Notes: generated from the letters alone by a model not told the origin. 20,000 nt of DNA from an uncultured virus (IMG/VR IMGVR_UViG_3300029309_000020) (IMGVR_UViG_3300029309_000020), one strand, 5' to 3'. Shown: positions 1-5,861, numbered from the stretch's first letter. Numbers and translations are program-made.

Positions 1-427
1 TTTTAGTTAAAAATATATCTATTTGATAATTATTATCATATTTACCGTCATAAGCGTCTCCGTGAGGTCTTAAATTATAATATGCTTCAGGTATTCTAAT
101 TGTATCTCTGTCTTTAGCAATTGCTCTTTTAATACCGTTTTTAATATTAAGCTTTAAGTAGTTGATTATTATACCGTTACGCTCCTCTGGAACAGAGTTA
201 TTTATTAAATTCCAGTCTAAATTGTTCCATGCTTTATAAAAGCTATAATAGCCTTCTTGCAATAAATCATTTAAATCAAGTACACCAATTCTAGAATAAC
301 TTCTATTAAAAGAATTAGCAATTGATCTAGGCCATTCAATAAATTGCGCTTTTACAGCGTCTTCATCTTTAAAATTTTTCATTTCTTGCATATGAAATTT
401 ATATGTTGGGTGACTGTACCATTTCAT
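1..427 (-). CDS. Phage sigma70-family RNA polymerase sigma factor (3' end runs off the window)
   Basis: Not in the ORF track. Manual translation from ATG 427: MKWYSHPTYK...GVLDLNDLLQEGYYSFYKAWNNLD...IINYLKLNIKNGIKRAIAKDRDTIRIPEAYY. DLLQEG and RAIA...TIRIP match RpoD region 2.2 (DLIQEG) and region 2.4/3.0 (RAIADQARTIRIP). Open to the window edge. Confidence 0.85.
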   Translation of the reverse strand, partial: MKWYSHPTYKFHMQEMKNFKDEDAVKAQFIEWPRSIANSFNRSYSRIGVLDLNDLLQEGYYSFYKAWNNLDWNLINNSVPEERNGIIINYLKLNIKNGIKRAIAKDRDTIRIPEAYYNLRPHGDAYDGKYDNNYQIDIFLTK

Positions 428-522
428 TTTCTTTTATTTGGTTTTTGTTCTGCTTTTATTCTATCTTTTATTTTAAAGATATTTGATTTTATATAATGTT
501 TATATAGTTTTATTCTGCTCAT
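424..522 (-). CDS. Small basic hypothetical protein (32 aa)
   Basis: Manual translation MSRIKLYKHYIKSNIFKIKDRIKAEQKPNKRK; ATGA overlaps with both neighbouring genes. Confidence 0.55.
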   Translation of the reverse strand: MSRIKLYKHYIKSNIFKIKDRIKAEQKPNKRK

Positions 523-671
523 AACCAGTTAATTATAATGTTTATTGATATTAATAAGTTTGTAATTATAGCTTGCATAATTAATAACGTTCTTACAAAT
601 GCAACAGCATCCGCATTTTCTTCAGATTTTTCACCTAAAGCTTTTGCCCATATTCGCCAAGTGTTTTTCAT
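519..671 (-). CDS. Small membrane protein of a family common in aquatic phages (50 aa)
   Basis: Manual translation MKNTWRIWAKALGEKSEENADAVAFVRTLLIMQAIITNLLISINIIINWL. The WRIWAKALGEK motif is recalled from aquatic phage proteins; the C-terminus is hydrophobic. Confidence 0.75.
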   Translation of the reverse strand: MKNTWRIWAKALGEKSEENADAVAFVRTLLIMQAIITNLLISINIIINWL

Positions 672-672
672 G

Positions 673-831
673 TTAACATATTTTTTTAAAATCTATTATA
701 GCATCAGAAGAATAATATTGTAATATACGGTTAACAGTATCATCTTGCACATGATCTGCTACTTGTGTATTTATAATATATTCGTCCATACCGTTTTTAG
801 GACAATTTACAATTAATTTTGCTAGTATCAT
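673..831 (-). CDS. Hypothetical protein (52 aa)
   Basis: Manual translation MILAKLIVNCPKNGMDEYIINTQVADHVQDD...; ATGA overlap with the upstream gene and fills the gap exactly. Confidence 0.6.
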   Translation of the reverse strand: MILAKLIVNCPKNGMDEYIINTQVADHVQDDTVNRILQYYSSDAIIDFKKIC

Positions 832-1166
832 TCTAATAATGTTAATTTTATATTATCCCATTTACAACACATTCTGTCTGTATTTACTAATAAATCAATT
901 CTTCTGTGCCATCTTTTATTCATTCTATCTTGAATTTCCCATTCGCCGTCTAATTCTTTATTAATACCTTCTATTAATACGCATGCACCAAAAGTAAAAC
1001 CAAGTTTTTCTAAATCTCTTGATACTGCTATCCATCTGTGCTTAGCTGGATTTAAGCTATCAATTCTATGATTAGATGCAGTAATAAAAGGTGTGCTGTC
1101 TGTTTGTTTAGGATCGGCATGGTAGATTGTTACTGTTACTAGTAGGGTGTATAGCAAATTATTCAT
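828..1166 (-). CDS. 3D (Asp-Asp-Asp) domain protein, putative peptidoglycan-acting enzyme
   Basis: VTVTIY...QTDSTPFITAS...WIAVSRDL...FG..V.IEG...IQDRMNKRWHRRIDLL is the typical 3D/MltA-like pattern. Confidence 0.8.
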   Translation of the reverse strand: MNNLLYTLLVTVTIYHADPKQTDSTPFITASNHRIDSLNPAKHRWIAVSRDLEKLGFTFGACVLIEGINKELDGEWEIQDRMNKRWHRRIDLLVNTDRMCCKWDNIKLTLLE

Positions 1167-1395
1167 GTTTGGCTATTATTAAAAATGAAATTACTTTTAA
1201 TATGGTTGATGCAAATATTCCTAAAGCAATATCAATACTATTTATATTCATTTTATAAAATATATATATTACTGTTGCGTCTAGTATAAGCATTAACATT
1301 ATTGATATAATAGGCAATATACTAAAAAAATCTTTAATATACATTATAAATATTCCAATACTTACTAACATTAGGGATAGTATAATACTATTCAT
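1159..1395 (-). CDS. Small multi-pass membrane protein (start re-called to ATG 1395)
   Basis: Three hydrophobic stretches. The longer track start (1461) lies deep inside the ligase gene. Confidence 0.6.
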   Translation of the reverse strand: MNSIILSLMLVSIGIFIMYIKDFFSILPIISIMLMLILDATVIYIFYKMNINSIDIALGIFASTILKVISFLIIAKHE

Positions 1396-2236
1396 AGTTT
1401 CGGACTGTTTTAGCACGAGGAAAACGATACGCACCAGATGGTGTACGATCGAAATACTCAAAGGTTAGTTTTTGGCCGATATAAGATTGTCTGTTATGCC
1501 ATATGCCTTGGCGATCAAGTATTGTAAGTGAAGGCCAAGGAACTTCAACTACTCGATCGTTTGAATCAACGCCGATAAATTTGCCGAGGCCATTTTTGAA
1601 TTTGCCACGACCTTCAATATAGTCAGTGATTGTGATCTCGGTGTCCGACCAGTCTTTAACTTTTTGTAGTGTGTAACTTCGTTTTTGTTCATAAGGTTTG
1701 TTTGTTCTAAGCATTGAGCCTTCGTAGCCGTTTGCTTTGTTTTGTTTGTGATATTTGTTTAGCTCGTTGTCATTCCAGATTACTTTAGTATCAACCTCGT
1801 GGGTGAACTTAAGTTTGTATTTGCTTTTAAGATTTGTAATAGCAAGAGTGCGATCAATAAATTTTATTTCGCTTTCAGGATTGCCAGAAAATAAATCGTA
1901 GCAATGAAATTGCAAATAACTTGCAGCTTCAAACTTATCTTGTTGTGTAGGCTTTTGCTTACGAACAAGAGAAATTATTTTGTTGAAATTGTTTTTGAAC
2001 TTATGATTATAAAGCTCGCCGTCAAGAATAAGATAAGGATTATCAGCAAAGAGTGGTTTAAGTTCAGTGAGTATATGTTTACAATTGTAGAATTGCTTAT
2101 TGTTTCTGCTAAAAGCTCCGTCTTTAGTAATGTAGCATCGTACGCCGTCAAGCTTTGGTTGAATAAAGTGGGTTTCATTTTTCCAGTTGATTGTTTTAGA
2201 TACTGGGTGTGCCAGCATTGGTTTAAAGGTTGTCAT
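1388..2236 (-). CDS. lig: ATP-dependent DNA ligase (minimal adenylation + OB-fold)
   Basis: Motif I QPKLDGVR, motif III LDGELY, IIIa FHCYDL, IV EGSMLR, V QKVKD, VI YRFPR. Likely start is MTTFKPMLA at 2236 (track start 2257). Confidence 0.93.
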   Translation of the reverse strand: MTTFKPMLAHPVSKTINWKNETHFIQPKLDGVRCYITKDGAFSRNNKQFYNCKHILTELKPLFADNPYLILDGELYNHKFKNNFNKIISLVRKQKPTQQDKFEAASYLQFHCYDLFSGNPESEIKFIDRTLAITNLKSKYKLKFTHEVDTKVIWNDNELNKYHKQNKANGYEGSMLRTNKPYEQKRSYTLQKVKDWSDTEITITDYIEGRGKFKNGLGKFIGVDSNDRVVEVPWPSLTILDRQGIWHNRQSYIGQKLTFEYFDRTPSGAYRFPRAKTVRNYE

Positions 2237-2519
2237 ATTCTTTTTTAAGTTTTTCATATATTTCTTTTAATTCTGATAATAATTCATATTTTTCTTCTGC
2301 TAATAATTGGTCTCTTGTTGCTTCAAGTTGTTTAAGTTGTGCTGCAATCATAGTTTTTTTGTCAAGCTTTTTAAAATTACCAAATGAATCTATAGATTTA
2401 TGAAAAAATTCTTCAGGATTCATAGGTTCCATTGGTTGCATATTAAATTGATTATCTAAATAATCAATAATTTTTTCACTCACTAAATCCGCAAGTTTAT
2501 ATAATTGTTCTTCTGTCAT
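2223..2519 (-). CDS. Hypothetical protein with a C-terminal UVR-like coiled-coil
   Basis: ORF track. C-terminal QLKQLEATRDQLLAEEKYELLSELKEIYEKL resembles the UvrB/UvrC motif. Start re-called to ATG 2519 (ATAA overlap with the upstream stop). Confidence 0.65.
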   Translation of the reverse strand: MTEEQLYKLADLVSEKIIDYLDNQFNMQPMEPMNPEEFFHKSIDSFGNFKKLDKKTMIAAQLKQLEATRDQLLAEEKYELLSELKEIYEKLKKEYDNL

Positions 2520-2683
2520 AAGTAATTCCAAAATCCGTCTTTCTTTTCTATATATGTAATGCCACCGCGATTGAAATGAATATCTTTATTCTTATCAAAG
2601 CTAGGTGGAATGTCACCAATTAAATATGGTTTCATTTCAATGGTTTCGTCTGTATTAATATTTTTTATTTTAATAGTCTTCAT
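2516..2683 (-). CDS. Hypothetical protein (55 aa; start re-called)
   Basis: MKTIKIKNINTDETIEMKPYLIGDIPPSF...; upstream ATGs overlap the previous gene extensively. Confidence 0.6.
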   Translation of the reverse strand: MKTIKIKNINTDETIEMKPYLIGDIPPSFDKNKDIHFNRGGITYIEKKDGFWNYL

Positions 2684-2996
2684 TTGCATCTTCGTTATCG
2701 TTAATCCATGTTTCAATTTCATACTCAGGCATATACTCTTCAATGTCATCAACATATACTTTAGAGCCAGCATCTAATTGCATAATGCGATCCATAATAT
2801 CATCAAATGATGGCTGATAATAATACACGTCGTTTTCCCAGTCAAGGCCATTTTCAAATGGAGTACTGTTCATAACATATACTTCATAGCCATCAGCTGT
2901 ATTGTAGGTTGATACTTCAAGGTCGTACATATTATAGTTGTACGTTCCATCAATTTCAATGTTTAATTTTTCTTGTAATTTTTCTAATGCTGTCAT
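2670..2996 (-). CDS. Highly acidic hypothetical protein (108 aa)
   Basis: ORF track. D/E/Y-rich with very few K/R. Confidence 0.8.
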   Translation of the reverse strand: MTALEKLQEKLNIEIDGTYNYNMYDLEVSTYNTADGYEVYVMNSTPFENGLDWENDVYYYQPSFDDIMDRIMQLDAGSKVYVDDIEEYMPEYEIETWINDNEDANEDY

Positions 2997-3002
2997 ATTT
3001 AT

Positions 3003-3269
3003 TTATTTAGTTAATTCTTTTGCGTAATAAGTTTCATAAGGTTCAACGGATCTAAATGGCATTCTATGTTTAGATTCATCGATAAGTTTAGCCATTCTAA
3101 GCCATACGCGTAGTTCATTTACATGGTGCATGCATTGGCCTCTACCTAATTCAGGAAACGCACCGTTGTGTCGTTTTCTAAATAAGTCACGCACCATAAG
3201 CCTATGGTTTGCAATATTGCTAATAAGCTTTGATTCAATTCTTGATGTTATGTATTCTTCTTTATTCAT
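3003..3269 (-). CDS. Hypothetical protein (88 aa)
   Basis: ORF track. A-rich leader directly downstream of the tRNA-like element. Confidence 0.75.
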   Translation of the reverse strand: MNKEEYITSRIESKLISNIANHRLMVRDLFRKRHNGAFPELGRGQCMHHVNELRVWLRMAKLIDESKHRMPFRSVEPYETYYAKELTK

Positions 3270-3279
3270 AATTTTAGTT

Positions 3280-3371
3280 TAGTGGACGTGGGAGGAGTCG
3301 AACCTCCGTTTGCTGATAGTGTACTTTCGAACTTTGTCAGTAAACACTTCGTGCACTTGCCCGTCACGCCC
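3280..3371 (-). ncRNA. tmRNA-tRNA-like-domain-like small RNA (no anticodon arm, no tag ORF)
   Basis: Minus strand: GGGCGTG ACGGGCAAGTGCACGAAGT GTTTACTGACA AAGTTCGAAAGTACAC TATCAGCAAAC GGAGG TTCGACT CCTCC CACGTCC A CTA. It has a 7-bp acceptor stem with G3-U70, an A73 discriminator, a perfect T-arm, A at position 8 and a 9/11-bp internal stem. Confidence 0.7.
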
Positions 3372-3453
3372 GGTGGCCGAAGGCGCAGCTCATTACCTGT
3401 CTTTTTAACTAGTATATATTGCTCGTCAGCACTCCTTCGGAGTCGTTAATATT

Positions 3454-3645
3454 TTATTTGCGTCGCCAAGCTCTGTGAACATTTGCACTTGTAGCTTGAT
3501 CAACGATTTGTACTTCGAGTACTTGTTTGTTTGCAATGATAGGAACATAGCTATATTGCTGAGTATCAGAGCATTGCACACATTTATTGTAGCCAAGATC
3601 AATTCTTGCTTGTGGCATGCTGTTGCCGCATCTACAATATTTCAT
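3454..3645 (-). CDS. DksA/TraR-type C4 zinc-finger protein
   Basis: CRCGNSMPQARIDLGYNKCVQC matches the C..CG..IP.AR......C..C pattern. Confidence 0.65.
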   Translation of the reverse strand: MKYCRCGNSMPQARIDLGYNKCVQCSDTQQYSYVPIIANKQVLEVQIVDQATSANVHRAWRRK

Positions 3646-3788
3646 AATTGCTGGTTTAGTATATAGTTTAATACTTGCATTGGTGTACCGTTCATACTTT
3701 GCACAACACCGTGTTGATCTTGAAATTCAATTCTATAACGATCTGGTCGGTGTATAGCAAATGGTGTATCGTATTTATTTCCTGCCAT
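3642..3788 (-). CDS. Hypothetical protein (48 aa; start re-called)
   Basis: MAGNKYDTPFAIHRPDRYRIEF...; ATGA overlap with the zinc-finger gene. Confidence 0.6.
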   Translation of the reverse strand: MAGNKYDTPFAIHRPDRYRIEFQDQHGVVQSMNGTPMQVLNYILNQQL

Positions 3789-4005
3789 CTTTGTCTGTTT
3801 TTGTTGGTTCATATTTGTTATCAATATAATCAATTAGCTTTACAGTAAAATATTGTATAATATCATTTCCGTCAAAGCCATCATCAATTAATGGTTTAAA
3901 TTTTTCAACAGCATATTCAACTTGCCATTCGCTAACAATATTATTCATTCTGTTAAATTTGTTTTGTAAATTAATGTAGTTTTGTAAGTTTTCGTTTTTA
4001 TTCAT
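3775..4005 (-). CDS. Hypothetical protein
   Basis: ORF track 3775-4023. Likely start is MNKNEN at 4005. Confidence 0.65.
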   Translation of the reverse strand: MNKNENLQNYINLQNKFNRMNNIVSEWQVEYAVEKFKPLIDDGFDGNDIIQYFTVKLIDYIDNKYEPTKTDKDGRK

Positions 4006-4105
4006 AATAATTAATTTTGTCATTTATTTGTAGTTCAAGGAACATTTTATTAATTTCTTCACTTATATTATCACTTTGCGTGTTAGTTTGTAACGTATTT
4101 TTCAT
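3998..4105 (-). CDS. Possible 35-aa ORF overlapping a promoter-like motif
   Basis: Manual translation MKNTLQTNTQSDNISEEINKMFLELQINDKINYYE; fills the gap between neighbouring genes. Confidence 0.4.
   Translation of the reverse strand: MKNTLQTNTQSDNISEEINKMFLELQINDKINYYE
4064..4099 (-). promoter_or_regulatory. Repeated promoter-like motif, copy 1
   Basis: Plus strand TATATTATCACT-N13-TGTAACGTATT, i.e. minus strand AATACGTTACA-N13-AGTGATAATATA. Confidence 0.75.
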
Positions 4106-4112
4106 ATTTATT

Positions 4113-4298
4113 TTAATAATTTTTTAATTTTTTTATTACTGATTTTCTAATATCTTCTATTGCTTCACAAAAATAATCGTGTTCTAATTCTTCAACTATT
4201 GTACCATCAATCGCCCAAGAAATACTATCATTAATATGTTCATTTATTACGTCTGCAACGTTTGTTGATATTTCATCTAATTCTTTTGTTACACTCAT
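4113..4298 (-). CDS. Acidic hypothetical protein (61 aa)
   Basis: ORF track; abuts the upstream gene. Confidence 0.7.
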   Translation of the reverse strand: MSVTKELDEISTNVADVINEHINDSISWAIDGTIVEELEHDYFCEAIEDIRKSVIKKLKNY

Positions 4299-4496
4299 TT
4301 ATTCATTTTTTAATAATTTATATAGTTCTTCGTTGCCAAGCATATGTCTAGATTGATTTGCAGCAAAGTTATCAAGATGCAATATTTGTTGATCTAGTGA
4401 TAAACCGCCTTGCATAATTCTTTTGCTTATAAGATCCATTTTAGTTTGTGCATCATGCACTACATTTCTTAGTTCTTTAATTCTTTTTAGATTCAT
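4299..4496 (-). CDS. Hypothetical protein (65 aa)
   Basis: ORF track; tightly packed between neighbours. Confidence 0.7.
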   Translation of the reverse strand: MNLKRIKELRNVVHDAQTKMDLISKRIMQGGLSLDQQILHLDNFAANQSRHMLGNEELYKLLKNE

Positions 4497-4603
4497 TTTA
4501 ATCCGTATTTTAATTTTAATTTACTTTTTGTAATATTTAGTTCTTTACTTATTTCAGTTATACTTTTATTATCTATAAGATATAATCTCCAAACTTTATG
4601 CAT
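4493..4603 (-). CDS. 36-aa helix-turn-helix mini-protein (sigma region 4/LuxR-like)
   Basis: Manual translation MHKVWRLYLIDNKSITEISKELNITKSKLKLKYGLK. S..EI...L.I is an HTH pattern. Overlaps both neighbours (ATGA with the downstream gene). Confidence 0.6.
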   Translation of the reverse strand: MHKVWRLYLIDNKSITEISKELNITKSKLKLKYGLK

Positions 4604-4910
4604 TTGCTTCTTGTTCTTGTAATTTCATTTCATCATAAGTTAATGCTTCATCATGCTCATGTAACAAATCCCATAAAGCATTATAACCTGCTTCAAACCA
4701 GTTATTTGCACGACCAAATACATGATGTTCTTCAAATATATCTGCATCTAATTTATTGCAATATTCTTTGCAATCATCTCTGTATATTACTTTATTTTCT
4801 AACCATTGATGCGTTTCTCTTACAAAATCATCGCTATTATCAATTGTACCTTCATGATATAAATACCACATATCGTCGTTAAACTCATATACTAATTCGT
4901 CGTTATACAT
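4596..4910 (-). CDS. Acidic protein, Ocr-like DNA mimic candidate
   Basis: 104 aa and strongly acidic. IDNSDDFVRETHQWLENKVIYRDD aligns by eye with T7 Ocr [25 protein letters not shown] (recalled from memory). Confidence 0.55.
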   Translation of the reverse strand: MYNDELVYEFNDDMWYLYHEGTIDNSDDFVRETHQWLENKVIYRDDCKEYCNKLDADIFEEHHVFGRANNWFEAGYNALWDLLHEHDEALTYDEMKLQEQEANA

Positions 4911-5091
4911 ATCTTAAATAATTTTTAATTGTTTCAATACTTGCTTTGTTAAAAGCTCTAACATTTTCTCTATATTTTTTATTTGTACAAAATTTGTACA
5001 TTGCTCTTGACTCTGTGCATTCACCAAACTTTGCCTCAAATAAAGCAATTTGTTTTAATTTATCGTCAATCATTTTTTTTGTTAATTCCAT
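4903..5091 (-). CDS. Hypothetical protein
   Basis: ORF track 4903-5097. ATG start MELTKK at 5091, directly downstream of promoter copy 2. Confidence 0.7.
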   Translation of the reverse strand: MELTKKMIDDKLKQIALFEAKFGECTESRAMYKFCTNKKYRENVRAFNKASIETIKNYLRYV

Positions 5092-5098
5092 ATTCAAT

Positions 5099-5134
5099 TA
5101 TATTATCACTTGTTTATTTATTTTGTAACGTATT
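5099..5134 (-). promoter_or_regulatory. Repeated promoter-like motif, copy 2
   Basis: Plus strand TATATTATCACT-N13-TGTAACGTATT; intergenic. Confidence 0.8.
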
Positions 5135-5145
5135 ATAGCAAATTA

Positions 5146-5286
5146 TTAATTATATAATTCGCAAGTACTTAAATTTTGTGGAGTTAATGTAATAGTTTCA
5201 AATTCTTTATTTGTTATTACTCCTTCCATTAAACCTAAATATTCTTTTGTAACGTCTCTACCTGTTATTTTATTTATTATAATCAT
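5146..5286 (-). CDS. Hypothetical protein (46 aa; start re-called)
   Basis: MIIINKITGRDVTKEYLGLMEGVITNKEF...; the longer track start overlaps the tRNA-like element. Confidence 0.65.
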   Translation of the reverse strand: MIIINKITGRDVTKEYLGLMEGVITNKEFETITLTPQNLSTCELYN

Positions 5287-5297
5287 ATTATTTATTT

Positions 5298-5341
5298 TAG
5301 TTGGATAGATGAGAATCGAACTCATTTTAACCATTTATCCA
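5298..5341 (-). ncRNA. 44-nt tRNA-like element (acceptor stem + T-arm only)
   Basis: Minus strand: TGGATAA ATGGTTAAA ATGAG TTCGATT CTCAT CTATCCA A CTA. 6/7-bp acceptor stem, perfect 5-bp T-stem with TTCGA loop, and a 9-nt connector containing GG. Confidence 0.6.
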
Positions 5342-5380
5342 TTTGTCTGTTCGTTTAAGGAAAAAACACACTTCAACACC

Positions 5381-5545
5381 TTATAATTTACTAAACTTTT
5401 CTATTAAGTTTAATTCAATTTTACATTCTTCTTTATCACTTTCAGATAATTCACTTAATTTATCAACATAATACAATGTCTTTACATAATCTTTTAAATC
5501 AAAATATAATCTATCAATTTCTCTTTCAGTTAATTCTACTTTCAT
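5381..5545 (-). CDS. Hypothetical protein (start re-called)
   Basis: MKVELTEREIDRLYFDLKDY...; ATG 5545 follows the stop of the upstream gene. Confidence 0.65.
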   Translation of the reverse strand: MKVELTEREIDRLYFDLKDYVKTLYYVDKLSELSESDKEECKIELNLIEKFSKL

Positions 5546-5549
5546 ATTT

Positions 5550-5732
5550 TTATCTTCTAAATTCATTTTCATTTTTATTTGATATAATATATCTTTCAAA
5601 GATTTCATGTAATTTATAAAAATCTTCGGGAGGTAAATCTCCACTATCTAATCCAAAATCATCAACTATATCATCAAATTTAATATAATCATCTAAATCA
5701 AAGTCATCTACATTTTTAATTTTATATTCCAT
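5550..5732 (-). CDS. Asp-rich acidic hypothetical protein (60 aa)
   Basis: ORF track; DDFDLDDYIKFDDIVDDFGLDSGD. Confidence 0.7.
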   Translation of the reverse strand: MEYKIKNVDDFDLDDYIKFDDIVDDFGLDSGDLPPEDFYKLHEIFERYIISNKNENEFRR

Positions 5733-5850
5733 TTTTTATTATATTATCAATTATTTTATTTATTTCATCTTGGAGTTTATCTCCTTCATATTTATATTGT
5801 AATTCACTATATTCTTGTATTACTTCATTATATATTTCTTCTCTATCCAT
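5722..5850 (-). CDS. Small acidic hypothetical protein (42 aa)
   Basis: Manual translation MDREEIYNEVIQEYSELQYKYEGDKLQDEINKIIDNIIKNGI. Confidence 0.6.
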   Translation of the reverse strand: MDREEIYNEVIQEYSELQYKYEGDKLQDEINKIIDNIIKNGI

Positions 5851-5861
5851 TTTATAATTCT

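Noticed and set aside
3280..3310. attP site for integration into ssrA or a tRNA gene
   Set aside because: No integrase in the window, and the matching 5' acceptor strand is present, which a simple attP fragment would not need. It cannot be fully excluded without the rest of the genome.
3280..3371. Canonical tRNA-Ala or a long-variable-arm tRNA
   Set aside because: No U8 or A14, no D-stem, and no 5-bp stem with a 7-nt anticodon loop could be drawn.
3320..3430. Hammerhead ribozyme (CTGACGAG and CGAAA on the minus strand)
   Set aside because: Stem II cannot form between the two core segments, and no stem I/III with a UH site was found.
538..5128. Plus-strand or alternative-frame track ORFs (538, 1904, 1975, 3475, 4598, 4946)
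   Set aside because: Shadows of better-supported, tightly packed minus-strand genes.
5740..5775. Fifth copy of the promoter motif (TATATTATCAAT)
   Set aside because: Only the -10-like half matches; there is no TGTAACG at the 13-nt spacing, and it lies within an ORF.
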